Below are positions 50,122 through 58,575 of a DNA stretch of 64,000 nucleotides, in pieces. The notes beneath the pieces are model-generated. The model did not search any database. It was not told where the DNA came from and saw only the letters and a list, made by a program, of their open reading frames with translations. The position numbers and the translations under genes are program-made. Numbering within the stretch: the stretch's first letter is position 1; every line of letters starts with the position of its first letter. The stretch covers positions 1,896 through 65,895 of the forward strand of contig JACMJL010000185.1 in the NCBI GenBank assembly GCA_014380625.1, given 5' to 3'. The stretch comes from Clostridiaceae bacterium (GTDB lineage Bacteria > Bacillota > Clostridia > Clostridiales > Clostridiaceae).

Positions 50122-50268
50122 ATGCCACAAATATTTTGGTACTATTCCGTAGTTGCAATAGGTATAGCAATGATTATATTTACAATGTATAAAAAACGAA
50201 ACTTTGCTGATTTATTTTCATTTTTTTTAGCTGCTGCCTCCTTTGGCTATTTACAGGAGTATATATAA
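50122..50268 (+). CDS. possible 48-aa membrane peptide (below the ORF-track size cutoff)
   Basis: ATG at 50122 follows a GAGGTG RBS by 6 nt. MPQIFWYYSVVAIGIAMIIFTMYKKRNFADLFSFFLAAASFGYLQEYI has two hydrophobic stretches. It could be a gene fragment. Confidence 0.3.
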   Translation: MPQIFWYYSVVAIGIAMIIFTMYKKRNFADLFSFFLAAASFGYLQEYI

Positions 50269-50383
50269 TATAAGATGTTCCATGTTCGTCTTCCACAATT
50301 TAAAAAGTAAACAAATTACCTTAAGATGATTTCTATTTAATTAAATTTATTGTCAAATTTAATCGAAAAGTGTAGCTACACTA

Positions 50384-50412
50384 TTGACATTTTATTCTAT
50401 TAATTATAAGAT
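50384..50412 (+). promoter_or_regulatory. sigma-A promoter driving the c-di-GMP riboswitch
   Basis: TTGACA (50384-50389), a 17-nt spacer, then TAAGAT (50407-50412). Confidence 0.55.
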
Positions 50413-50424
50413 ATATTCAAATGA

Positions 50425-50520
50425 ATACTTTTCTTTTGAAAAGAGCAAACTTGTTGAAAAACAAGGACGCAAAGCTACGAATCTACGGCAAAAGCTATGA
50501 TAGTCGGGTTACCAAAAGGG
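50425..50520 (+). promoter_or_regulatory. c-di-GMP-I (GEMM-I) riboswitch
   Basis: GAGCAAAC-TTGTT-GAAA-AACAAG-GACGCAAAGCTAC...CGGCAAAAGC...AGTCGGGTTACCAAAAGG. Matching features are the GCAAAC element, a GNRA-capped P1 hairpin, ACGCAAAGC and CGGGTTACC, which fit the GEMM-I core (Vc2/Cd1-type) as I recall it. Confidence 0.8.
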
Positions 50521-50577
50521 GAAACAAAATACCATAAGTTTTCTCTCATTGGAATAAATTATTAGGGGGATTTTTTT

Positions 50578-51984
50578 ATGGTTATTTTTATTAAAAAGGG
50601 TAAGTTTCTTTTATTCTTACTAGCTATTCTAGTTGTATTTTCTGGTTTTCAACTTAATAGGGTACAAGCTATTTCTCAAACTATATACACTCCTATTGAA
50701 AGTACTAAGGTACTAAATAACCCTTTAATGGGTTGGGCTCCTGATGCAAGATGGATTTTAAAGACACAAAAATATAAGTTAGTTTTTGCATCATTAACTT
50801 GGAGTGACCTTGAAGCACAAAAGGGGATATACAATTTTAGTGCAATTGAAACAAAATTCAATTTTAGTTATTGGCACCAACAGGGTGTTAAAGTCATTAT
50901 TAGAGTAGTTTTGGACAATCCTAGTAGTATAAACCATAAAGATATTCCTAATTGGCTATATAACGAAATAAATGGAGACGGTATTTGGTACAATAATAGC
51001 TACGGTCAAGGCTTCAGTCCAAATTATGAGAATGCTACACTGTTAGCTTATCATCAAAAATTAATTTCTGCACTTGGACAAAAATATAATAATTCTGGTG
51101 ATATTGCTTTTATAGAACTCGGTAGTCTTGGTCACTGGGGTGAATGGCACACAATGCAAGCTACAGGATACACCTTTATACCTTTCCCTAGCGAGGCCAC
51201 TGCTAATAAATATGTTACTCATTATATTAATAGTTTTTCCAATAAAATTAAGTTAATGAGAAGACCTTTTAATATCGCGAAAACTAATAATTTAGGCCTC
51301 TTCAATGATGTTTTTGGAGATATCGTCCAAACTGACAGATATCTTTCATGGATAAACAATGGTTACTATAATAATTATACCAAAGCACAACAGCCTGCAA
51401 TGATAGATTTTTGGAAAAAAGCTCCCTCAGGAGGAGAATTCGCAAACGGAAAAGCTGGTGTTCAATATTTCAGCGATATTAACTTTAGTAATACTCTTAC
51501 TAAAGCTAAGGAAACCCACTTATCTTGGGTTGGTCCAAATTGTCCTGCAAATCAACCACTTAACGGAACAATACAACCTAATATGGATAGTTTTTTAAAT
51601 ACAATTGGATATAAATTTGTTATTTCTCAAGTGTCATATTTGCCTACTATACAGCGTTCGAAGTCTGCTTCCCTTACAATTACTATCAACAACAAAGGAG
51701 TGGCTCCATTTTATTACAAATGGCCTGTAACTCTTTATCTAATGGATTTGAATGGAAATGTAATAAACAAGCAAACTTCAACTGAAGATATTAGAAATTG
51801 GCTTCCAGGTATAAGAACCTTTAGCTCTAATTTATATATACCTTCAAAAACTAAACTAGGCACTTATAAACTGGCAATAAGTATAAATGACCCGTCCGCC
51901 CTAAATCAATCCGTAGACTTCGCAAATGAGGGCAAAACCTCATCCGGCTACTTCTATATCGGTAATATAACTGTAGCAAATTAA
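50578..51984 (+). CDS. secreted glycoside-hydrolase-like protein (clan GH-A TIM barrel; DUF4874/DUF4832-type as I recall)
   Basis: 468 aa with a signal peptide. LTWSDLEAQKGIYNF, GSLGHWGEWH, APSGGEFA. Paralogue of 52030-54012. Confidence 0.7.
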   Translation: MVIFIKKGKFLLFLLAILVVFSGFQLNRVQAISQTIYTPIESTKVLNNPLMGWAPDARWILKTQKYKLVFASLTWSDLEAQKGIYNFSAIETKFNFSYWHQQGVKVIIRVVLDNPSSINHKDIPNWLYNEINGDGIWYNNSYGQGFSPNYENATLLAYHQKLISALGQKYNNSGDIAFIELGSLGHWGEWHTMQATGYTFIPFPSEATANKYVTHYINSFSNKIKLMRRPFNIAKTNNLGLFNDVFGDIVQTDRYLSWINNGYYNNYTKAQQPAMIDFWKKAPSGGEFANGKAGVQYFSDINFSNTLTKAKETHLSWVGPNCPANQPLNGTIQPNMDSFLNTIGYKFVISQVSYLPTIQRSKSASLTITINNKGVAPFYYKWPVTLYLMDLNGNVINKQTSTEDIRNWLPGIRTFSSNLYIPSKTKLGTYKLAISINDPSALNQSVDFANEGKTSSGYFYIGNITVAN

Positions 51985-51987
51985 AAA

Positions 51988-52029
51988 TAGAGACTATATC
52001 AAAATTTAATCATTTTGATATAGTCTCTA
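51988..52029. terminator. bidirectional terminator between the two convergent hydrolase-like genes
   Basis: 18-bp perfect stem TAGAGACTATATCAAAAT/ATTTTGATATAGTCTCTA flanked by A5 and TTATTTT. Confidence 0.85.
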
Positions 52030-54012
52030 TTATTTTACAATTGAGAAATCGTCAATCACTGAACTATACTGGGAGTTTTCCTCTTTAAACTTTACTCTTA
52101 GGCCAATTTGAGAAACACTATTTTCATCTTTACACTTTATATTAAATATATCCTCTTCCTTATTGTTTTCCGTAAGATTAAATATTCTTATCTTATCTTT
52201 ATTCTTTTTAATCATAATATTAGCAGGAAGTTTGATAATACTACTTTCTTTATCACAACTTATTTTTAAAGCATTATTATCAACATAGTTTATATTAATA
52301 ATCTGTTGAATATTTCCATCAGTGTTGTTCTCAATACTATAATTCTTAATATTTGAATTAGGATTTTTTAAACCAAGTTTTATTTCATAACCATCTGAGT
52401 TTAAGAGGTTTCTATAAATAAAACATTGATTTTCAGAACTTTGTTCTTTATTTTTAGGAATCGAATTTATTGTCAGCTTTTCACCGAAATAATCAATATA
52501 ATTGTAATAATTATTATTTTTTAAATCATTACAATTATAGGGATATTGCATAATCACTTCCGTTTCACCAACACTGCAAGTTTTACTTTCTTCACTTCCT
52601 GTATTAGCAAATTCAATTTCAGGTTTCTTTGTTTCAGGATTTAGAAGGTAAACATTCATATTATATATTCCTGCTGATAAACTTTTGTTTAAAGGAATAT
52701 CAAAATCAATATCAGCACTTCCAGGAAGCAGTTTCTTGATATTATAATCAAACTTGAATGTATCCATAATACTTTTATTTATATAATTAATTGATAAATA
52801 TAATGGCCATTCAAAATAGAAGGGTGCTACACCTGAATTTCTAAGGCTTATTTTACCTTTTAATTTATCACCAGGATAATTTTTGTCAAGGTATTGGGAC
52901 TTTGTAACAGTATACCTATATCCCATAAGATTCAAAAGTTTACTAAGATTTCTCTGTTTATCATCCTCAAGCTTAACGTATCCAGGATTGCTCGGTCCTA
53001 ACCAACTTGTATGACTATTCTTAACCATATTAATTGTGCTTTCTATAGATCTATCCTCAAGATATTCATCACCGGGATAGTTGGCAAATTCACCTCCAGA
53101 TGGAGCTTCCGTCCAAAAATCTTTCATACTCGGATTTTGTTGTTCAATGTTTGGGTCCTCATAACCGTTATTTACCCAGTTAAGAAAATAATCATTAGTT
53201 TGAAAATCATCTCCAAAGGAATCATTAAAAAGTCCCATTTTATTATCCTTCGCTATCTGAAAGGGCCTTCTCATAAGTAAAATCTTATTTTTAAAGTAGT
53301 CAAGATATGGTTCTACATACAGATCAGTAATATTTGTCTTTGGAAAGTTGTTATTTCCCCCTAATAAAGAATTGTGCCATTCACCCCACTGACCTATACT
53401 CCCAATCTCTACAAAGGCAATTTCCCCATCCTTATCATACCTTTCTGATAATGCCTTTATTAAATCTAAATGATACTTGATCAAAAGTTTATTATTATAG
53501 TCTGGAGAAAAACCCTTCTGTCCATCTTTGTCATACCAGCTACCCTTACCTTGGATTTCATTATAAACCCATTCTGGGATATCCATATGCTTTACATCTG
53601 AAGGGTAATCGAGATACAACCTGATTACAAACTTGATTCCTTTTTCTTTCCAATGATCATAGCGTATTTTTGTCTCAAAGGCTTGAAAATCAATCCTACC
53701 CTTTTGGGGCTCCATCTCTCTCCAAGAAACCCCCGCATAAACCATAGAAAATGGTTGAGGTATATTTTCAGATGTGCTATCCATAACAAGTCCAATATAT
53801 GGATTTGTTATAACCCTGTCGCTTTCTTGGAAAACATTCACCTTATCTTCCTGTTTTACACGGTTTACTCTATCTTCTTTACTTGATTTAAAGCTAAAAA
53901 ACCCACATCGTAAAATCAATATTACAAGTAGACAAAGAACTACAATTATATTTATTAAAATAAATGATTTCATCTTTCTCTCATCCATGGCGTCATTCCG
54001 CATAATCCCCAT
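52030..54012 (-). CDS. membrane-anchored glycoside-hydrolase-like protein (paralogue of 50578-51984) with ~190-aa N/K-rich C-terminal extension
   Basis: 660 aa. TM anchor FILINIIVVLCLLVILIL, VSWREMEPQKGRIDF, GSIGQWGEWH, APSGGEFA. The start is uncertain (ATGs at 54012, 54003, 53988 and 53973). Overlaps the DUF4956 gene. Confidence 0.7.
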   Translation of the reverse strand: MGIMRNDAMDERKMKSFILINIIVVLCLLVILILRCGFFSFKSSKEDRVNRVKQEDKVNVFQESDRVITNPYIGLVMDSTSENIPQPFSMVYAGVSWREMEPQKGRIDFQAFETKIRYDHWKEKGIKFVIRLYLDYPSDVKHMDIPEWVYNEIQGKGSWYDKDGQKGFSPDYNNKLLIKYHLDLIKALSERYDKDGEIAFVEIGSIGQWGEWHNSLLGGNNNFPKTNITDLYVEPYLDYFKNKILLMRRPFQIAKDNKMGLFNDSFGDDFQTNDYFLNWVNNGYEDPNIEQQNPSMKDFWTEAPSGGEFANYPGDEYLEDRSIESTINMVKNSHTSWLGPSNPGYVKLEDDKQRNLSKLLNLMGYRYTVTKSQYLDKNYPGDKLKGKISLRNSGVAPFYFEWPLYLSINYINKSIMDTFKFDYNIKKLLPGSADIDFDIPLNKSLSAGIYNMNVYLLNPETKKPEIEFANTGSEESKTCSVGETEVIMQYPYNCNDLKNNNYYNYIDYFGEKLTINSIPKNKEQSSENQCFIYRNLLNSDGYEIKLGLKNPNSNIKNYSIENNTDGNIQQIININYVDNNALKISCDKESSIIKLPANIMIKKNKDKIRIFNLTENNKEEDIFNIKCKDENSVSQIGLRVKFKEENSQYSSVIDDFSIVK

Positions 54013-54673
54013 TATAACTTATAAGTGATGCATCCATAACTCCAGGAATTTGAGATATTTCATTTACGAAGCTGGAATTATTACTTTTAACTTTAACCTC
54101 AACAGAAAGTTCAGTAATTCCTTTTGCCACTGTCTTTCCCTTTGTTACATACTTCATTCCTTCAAGAATTATTTTAACATTATCCTTTGCTTCCTCTTCA
54201 AAATGAATAATTAACATATAAGTTCTACTTTTAATCTTATAATTTGTCATTATTAAAATAATCAAACCTACAAAAAGAGACCCGAAAATAGAAACTGAAT
54301 AAACCTTAGCTCCAGACGCTATTCCCACAGTTATTGCCCAAAACATAAACATAATATCCATTGGATCCTTCAGAGCCGTTCTAAATCTTACAATACTAAG
54401 AGCTCCTACCATACCTAAAGACAGGGCCACATTTGAGCTTATTGTTAAAACTATAAGAGATGTCAGCATACACATCATCAATAGGGAAACATTATAAGCG
54501 TAGCTATATACAACCCCTTTAAAGGTATACTTATATATGAAAAATATAAACAACCCTGCTATTAAGGTAAACACTAAACAGATCATTACTTCAGATGTTG
54601 GTATTTTTTGGAACGTATCTAAATTTGAAAAACCCTTTTTTAAAATATCTTGAAAATTCAAACTCTTATCCAT
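53993..54673 (-). CDS. DUF4956-family membrane protein
   Basis: 226 aa with about 4 TM segments. The signature ALSIVRFRTALKDPMDIMFMFWAITVGIASG is what I associate with DUF4956. The C-terminal ~80 aa form a soluble domain. Confidence 0.7.
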   Translation of the reverse strand: MDKSLNFQDILKKGFSNLDTFQKIPTSEVMICLVFTLIAGLFIFFIYKYTFKGVVYSYAYNVSLLMMCMLTSLIVLTISSNVALSLGMVGALSIVRFRTALKDPMDIMFMFWAITVGIASGAKVYSVSIFGSLFVGLIILIMTNYKIKSRTYMLIIHFEEEAKDNVKIILEGMKYVTKGKTVAKGITELSVEVKVKSNNSSFVNEISQIPGVMDASLISYNGDYAE

Positions 54674-54687
54674 TTTATTTCCTCCAT

Positions 54688-55389
54688 TTATATATTATTC
54701 TTTTGTACTCTGCAAAAAACATATTTAGAAATTGCACTCATATCCTTTGCATCCATGCTAATCATTTTTTTTACTATGTCAGGAAGGAACTCATTAAATT
54801 TAACCTCCATTATCATCATTGGCATGGGAAATATGATCTTTGTAGCTATATTAGGATTAAATATATCATTACTTGAAAATGCGACTCTTACATTCTTATC
54901 AAAAGTAATTCTTACATCACTAATATTCCCCACATAGGCCTCCCTATCATAATCAACGATGACCTTAGGTATTAACAATTTATTTTTCATTGTCATAAAC
55001 AAGTCCTTTTTTAATAAGCTATCTGCTGCGTCAAGAAAGGTAAACTTTCCTTGAAGGATGTTCTCGTACTCTTCTCTTGAAATATTAACAGCCTCTTTAT
55101 TTACATACTGACCTACCTTGCTTTTCCGTTCCAATTTTATAGACTTATCGCTCATATTGTATATTCTTATACGATATTTATTTCTTAAATTTACTCCAAA
55201 GTTCTTTTCAAATAAGGCTGAATCATAAATATCATCAAAATAGAGACTCCTAATAAAGTATTCCCCTTGTTCATTAGCATTGGAATCAAGTTTTAATACA
55301 TGCTTTATTCTATTCCGAACGGCTATATAGTCATTATAATTAATATAATATTTTAGCTCATGTCTAAATTTCCTTGCTGTGTGTCCCAT
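54688..55389 (-). CDS. VTC-domain (polyphosphate polymerase-like, CYTH/triphosphate-tunnel) protein
   Basis: 233 aa. RHELKYYI.., FIRSLYFDD, RNKYRIRIY, MEVKF strand pattern typical of bacterial VTC-domain proteins. Confidence 0.7.
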   Translation of the reverse strand: MGHTARKFRHELKYYINYNDYIAVRNRIKHVLKLDSNANEQGEYFIRSLYFDDIYDSALFEKNFGVNLRNKYRIRIYNMSDKSIKLERKSKVGQYVNKEAVNISREEYENILQGKFTFLDAADSLLKKDLFMTMKNKLLIPKVIVDYDREAYVGNISDVRITFDKNVRVAFSSNDIFNPNIATKIIFPMPMMIMEVKFNEFLPDIVKKMISMDAKDMSAISKYVFCRVQKNNI

Positions 55390-55407
55390 CCCATACCTAC
55401 TCTCATA

Positions 55408-57117
55408 TTAATTTATGATAAGTTCTTTTTCTCCATAATAACTTTTTCCGCTAACAATGTGGTAAAGATCAAAGGCAATCTGATGCTTGTTCTTAGAATT
55501 GTAAATATCAACCTTCCAGTAATACTTTCCTTTAGCTAAGTTTTCTACGGTTATAGTCATATCTTTAAGTGAATCCTTATTAAATACAACATTTTTAAAA
55601 TCTGGGTCTGTGCTCAAACTAAAATTATAAAATAAATCATTACCTTTTAAGTCATATGATTCTTCCCATTTAAAAACAGTTTTATTTCCTTGTACTTCAG
55701 GAATGCCTAAAAATATGGGCATAGGTGTATCTATATTCTCATAGAATCTTTTTTTATTTGTTTCAATTACAGAAGGTAATCTCTTAATTTCTTTTTCATA
55801 ATTTTCTAGGGTAGAAGGTATAAAGTTAAGATCGGGCAAGGTCTTAATAATAGAACTTGTTTGACTATAGTATTTTGAAACCAAACTCTTAACTTTTTCC
55901 TCTGACATATACTTTGAGACTTCCTCCAATTCCTGTGTTAAATCCTTAAGGTTATTAGAGTCTGAAATAAACCTTTTATGAAGTTTAACCCCCCAGTAAT
56001 TTGATAGGGGCTGAGTTTGCCAAGGAGCATATAGCTCTTGCTCGTGAGGTTGTGATTCATAGCCAAATGCACCATCATAATCCCAGGGTATAAAGTACCA
56101 TCTTTCTGCAGTAATAGGACTAAATAGCAAGAAATTTTGTGAATTTGTATCCCAATTTCCAGTAAGGATATTTACTGCAAGCCAGGTCAAATAATTTTCT
56201 CGATCAAAGTGTTTTTTGATTACATCATTAATATTCAAACTATAATTATTTACATCATCAAGCATACCTATTAACAATGAATGGTCCTCAATACCTCTGA
56301 TTTTTAGTACCTTTTCAAACTCTATTTTGTTATAGCTTGGATCATCTACATTTTTAATCCTTTCATCATCTCTGTTAAATTCAAAAAACTCTGCTTTATA
56401 TAAATATCCTTGCTGAGCAAGTCCGTGATTTTTTATATAGGTCTCATTTGGTTGTTCTACCTGAGTAAATAGACCATAATCTATAAATTGTTTACTTGAT
56501 CCTGATAAGTCTTTAATATACAGATGAAAAAACTGAGTTCTTAAGCTAAACATGTTTGGAATAGTTTTAAAAAGATCAAAAGCTAACTTATTTCTAATCC
56601 TAGACATATCATAAGGAGATTTACTTAAATTAATAATCTTCTGTCCTTTCCACTTTCCACTCTTTTCGTCTAATGTGACTTTAAAGGATTTCTGAGAAGC
56701 TGAGCTAGATGAGTGACCTTTAGGTTCCAAAACTGCATTTGCTTCAGAACCAGAAATAGATATCGGTAGATTTCCAATATCTACCTGTATATCTAATTTA
56801 GGTTTTTCATTAACTTTATCTTTATCATTTTCACTTAAAAAATATTTGAATTTATAATTATATAAATCCCCCAAGGTTTCTTTATTGTCTTGTAGAACTG
56901 TAATGTACATATTCTTCACAGTATCATCGTCATCAGCATAAATTAATTTATTGTCCTCAACCTTAAAACTATCCGTAACACTTTCTTTATTACTATCTGT
57001 TTTCTCTTTAGTGTCAAGAAGCGGATTGTTACTAACTAAAATACTTATAGCGGTCGAGCCTACTAGAACTCCAGCAATTATAAATATTAATACTTTGTTA
57101 TTTAAATACTTTTTCAA
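55408..57117 (-). CDS. CotH-family kinase-like protein, membrane-anchored/extracytoplasmic
   Basis: 569 aa. TTG start directly after the pelG TGA, with an AAGGAAGGAAA RBS. N-terminal anchor VLIFIIAGVLVGSTAISILV. CotH motifs YLTWLAVNILTGNWDT and YFIPWDYDGAFG. C-terminal Ig/Fn3-like module. Confidence 0.8.
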   Translation of the reverse strand: MKKYLNNKVLIFIIAGVLVGSTAISILVSNNPLLDTKEKTDSNKESVTDSFKVEDNKLIYADDDDTVKNMYITVLQDNKETLGDLYNYKFKYFLSENDKDKVNEKPKLDIQVDIGNLPISISGSEANAVLEPKGHSSSSASQKSFKVTLDEKSGKWKGQKIINLSKSPYDMSRIRNKLAFDLFKTIPNMFSLRTQFFHLYIKDLSGSSKQFIDYGLFTQVEQPNETYIKNHGLAQQGYLYKAEFFEFNRDDERIKNVDDPSYNKIEFEKVLKIRGIEDHSLLIGMLDDVNNYSLNINDVIKKHFDRENYLTWLAVNILTGNWDTNSQNFLLFSPITAERWYFIPWDYDGAFGYESQPHEQELYAPWQTQPLSNYWGVKLHKRFISDSNNLKDLTQELEEVSKYMSEEKVKSLVSKYYSQTSSIIKTLPDLNFIPSTLENYEKEIKRLPSVIETNKKRFYENIDTPMPIFLGIPEVQGNKTVFKWEESYDLKGNDLFYNFSLSTDPDFKNVVFNKDSLKDMTITVENLAKGKYYWKVDIYNSKNKHQIAFDLYHIVSGKSYYGEKELIIN

Positions 57118-58575
57118 TCAGATTTTCCTTCCTTTCAGCAGCATATATTTGTATAACTTCCCGAATCTTCCTTCTTTGTTTTTAATAAATATTGGTTGTG
57201 AAGCAAAGGTGTAATAGTCAATTTCTTCTAGAAAATAACTAAGCTTAAAGTAAGCAAAAACCATAGATATAATAGCTGCAGCAAAAAATCCATATCCATA
57301 AAAACTTTCACCTAAAAATAAACTGATTAATGTAAAAATAAGATTTAAACTAAAAAAAGTAATAGCTATATGCATTGCATTTTTTTTATTATCAAAATAA
57401 AGTAAAATTATTAAGAGAAAATACATAATAATATAACAAAGGCTACCTAATATAAGTATGGAAAAAATATCTGTAGATAGTTGGGATAATCCTACCATCG
57501 GTAACAGCTTTCTTCCAAATGCTATAAAGGTGAAAGAAATAAACAATTGAACTTCAATTAAATATCTTAATTCAATCAATAAAGTTGTAATCATCTCTGA
57601 ACGGGCAATTTCAATATCTTTAACACTACCATTGCTTTGTGTCAAACTGTAATACTCCTTATATCTAGGATAAAAGGAAGTCTCAACCTTCACTACAAAT
57701 ATTACAGTTATTGGTATTATGGATAAAAAAGCATAAAACAAAGCAACATCATAGAAGGGTGCAATTCTAAAAGTATCTTTTATAACCATCCCTTTGTCAC
57801 TGAACCAAAACACAAAGTTATGCACATACATACCCAAATAATAAAGAACACCTGTTACCAAAAGTTCTGGATGTTCATCTATGCTGGTTATTATTTCAAA
57901 GCAATCAGTAACACTAAATCTTGTTCCTCCATAGACCTTATATATCTTTATTGCAAAAAGTATCGCCATAACTAAAAAGCCTATAACAAGGGAGAGTAAT
58001 GCTGAAAAGAAATTATCTATATGAATCCAATATACTAATCCCAAAAATACTGAAAACATAACAGCTATTCCAATAAAGAAACTTATAAATATTGATAGAT
58101 AATCTTTAATTGTGGTAATATAAATGGATTCAATCCATATTATTGAAATTTCTCCAAGAAGAATAATTGAATATATCTTTACAAAGTCGTTTATTCCTGA
58201 TGTTAAGTAAAAGATATTTGCAAGCACAAAATCAATTATAAGAACTATAACAGTGACCCCAAAGAAAGAAGGGAAAATTTTACCCAAAGTCTTTCTATAA
58301 ATACAATCAGAGATATATCTTGCAGCCAATAATACAAACCCTCCAGTTATGATTAAAGAAAAAGCAAAACAATATATCATAATGGATATGAAATACTGAA
58401 TATTTATAAAAGATTCTCCCATGTTTTTTAATAATACCTGCATTCCAATAATTAAAATTATACATAATAAAGTAGGACCTGAAGTTACAACAGATGAAAC
58501 AAAATATGCTTTAAAATTATAAAATAAACCCCGTTCTTTAAAAAGACCTCTCAATTCAAACCCAATACCTGCCAT
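57118..58575 (-). CDS. pelG: Pel exopolysaccharide export/polymerisation membrane protein PelG
   Basis: 485 aa with about 12 TM segments and the characteristic N-terminus MAGIGFELRGLFKE. Confidence 0.8.
   Translation of the reverse strand: MAGIGFELRGLFKERGLFYNFKAYFVSSVVTSGPTLLCIILIIGMQVLLKNMGESFINIQYFISIMIYCFAFSLIITGGFVLLAARYISDCIYRKTLGKIFPSFFGVTVIVLIIDFVLANIFYLTSGINDFVKIYSIILLGEISIIWIESIYITTIKDYLSIFISFFIGIAVMFSVFLGLVYWIHIDNFFSALLSLVIGFLVMAILFAIKIYKVYGGTRFSVTDCFEIITSIDEHPELLVTGVLYYLGMYVHNFVFWFSDKGMVIKDTFRIAPFYDVALFYAFLSIIPITVIFVVKVETSFYPRYKEYYSLTQSNGSVKDIEIARSEMITTLLIELRYLIEVQLFISFTFIAFGRKLLPMVGLSQLSTDIFSILILGSLCYIIMYFLLIILLYFDNKKNAMHIAITFFSLNLIFTLISLFLGESFYGYGFFAAAIISMVFAYFKLSYFLEEIDYYTFASQPIFIKNKEGRFGKLYKYMLLKGRKI

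Noticed and set aside
49706-50192. Track ORFs 49706-50065 and 50010-50192 in the long pdaA / riboswitch intergenic region.
   Set aside because: The first is mostly antisense to the pdaA 5' end. Both lack an RBS and translate to low-complexity sequence. Only the 48-aa ORF at 50122, which does have an RBS, was kept, at low confidence.
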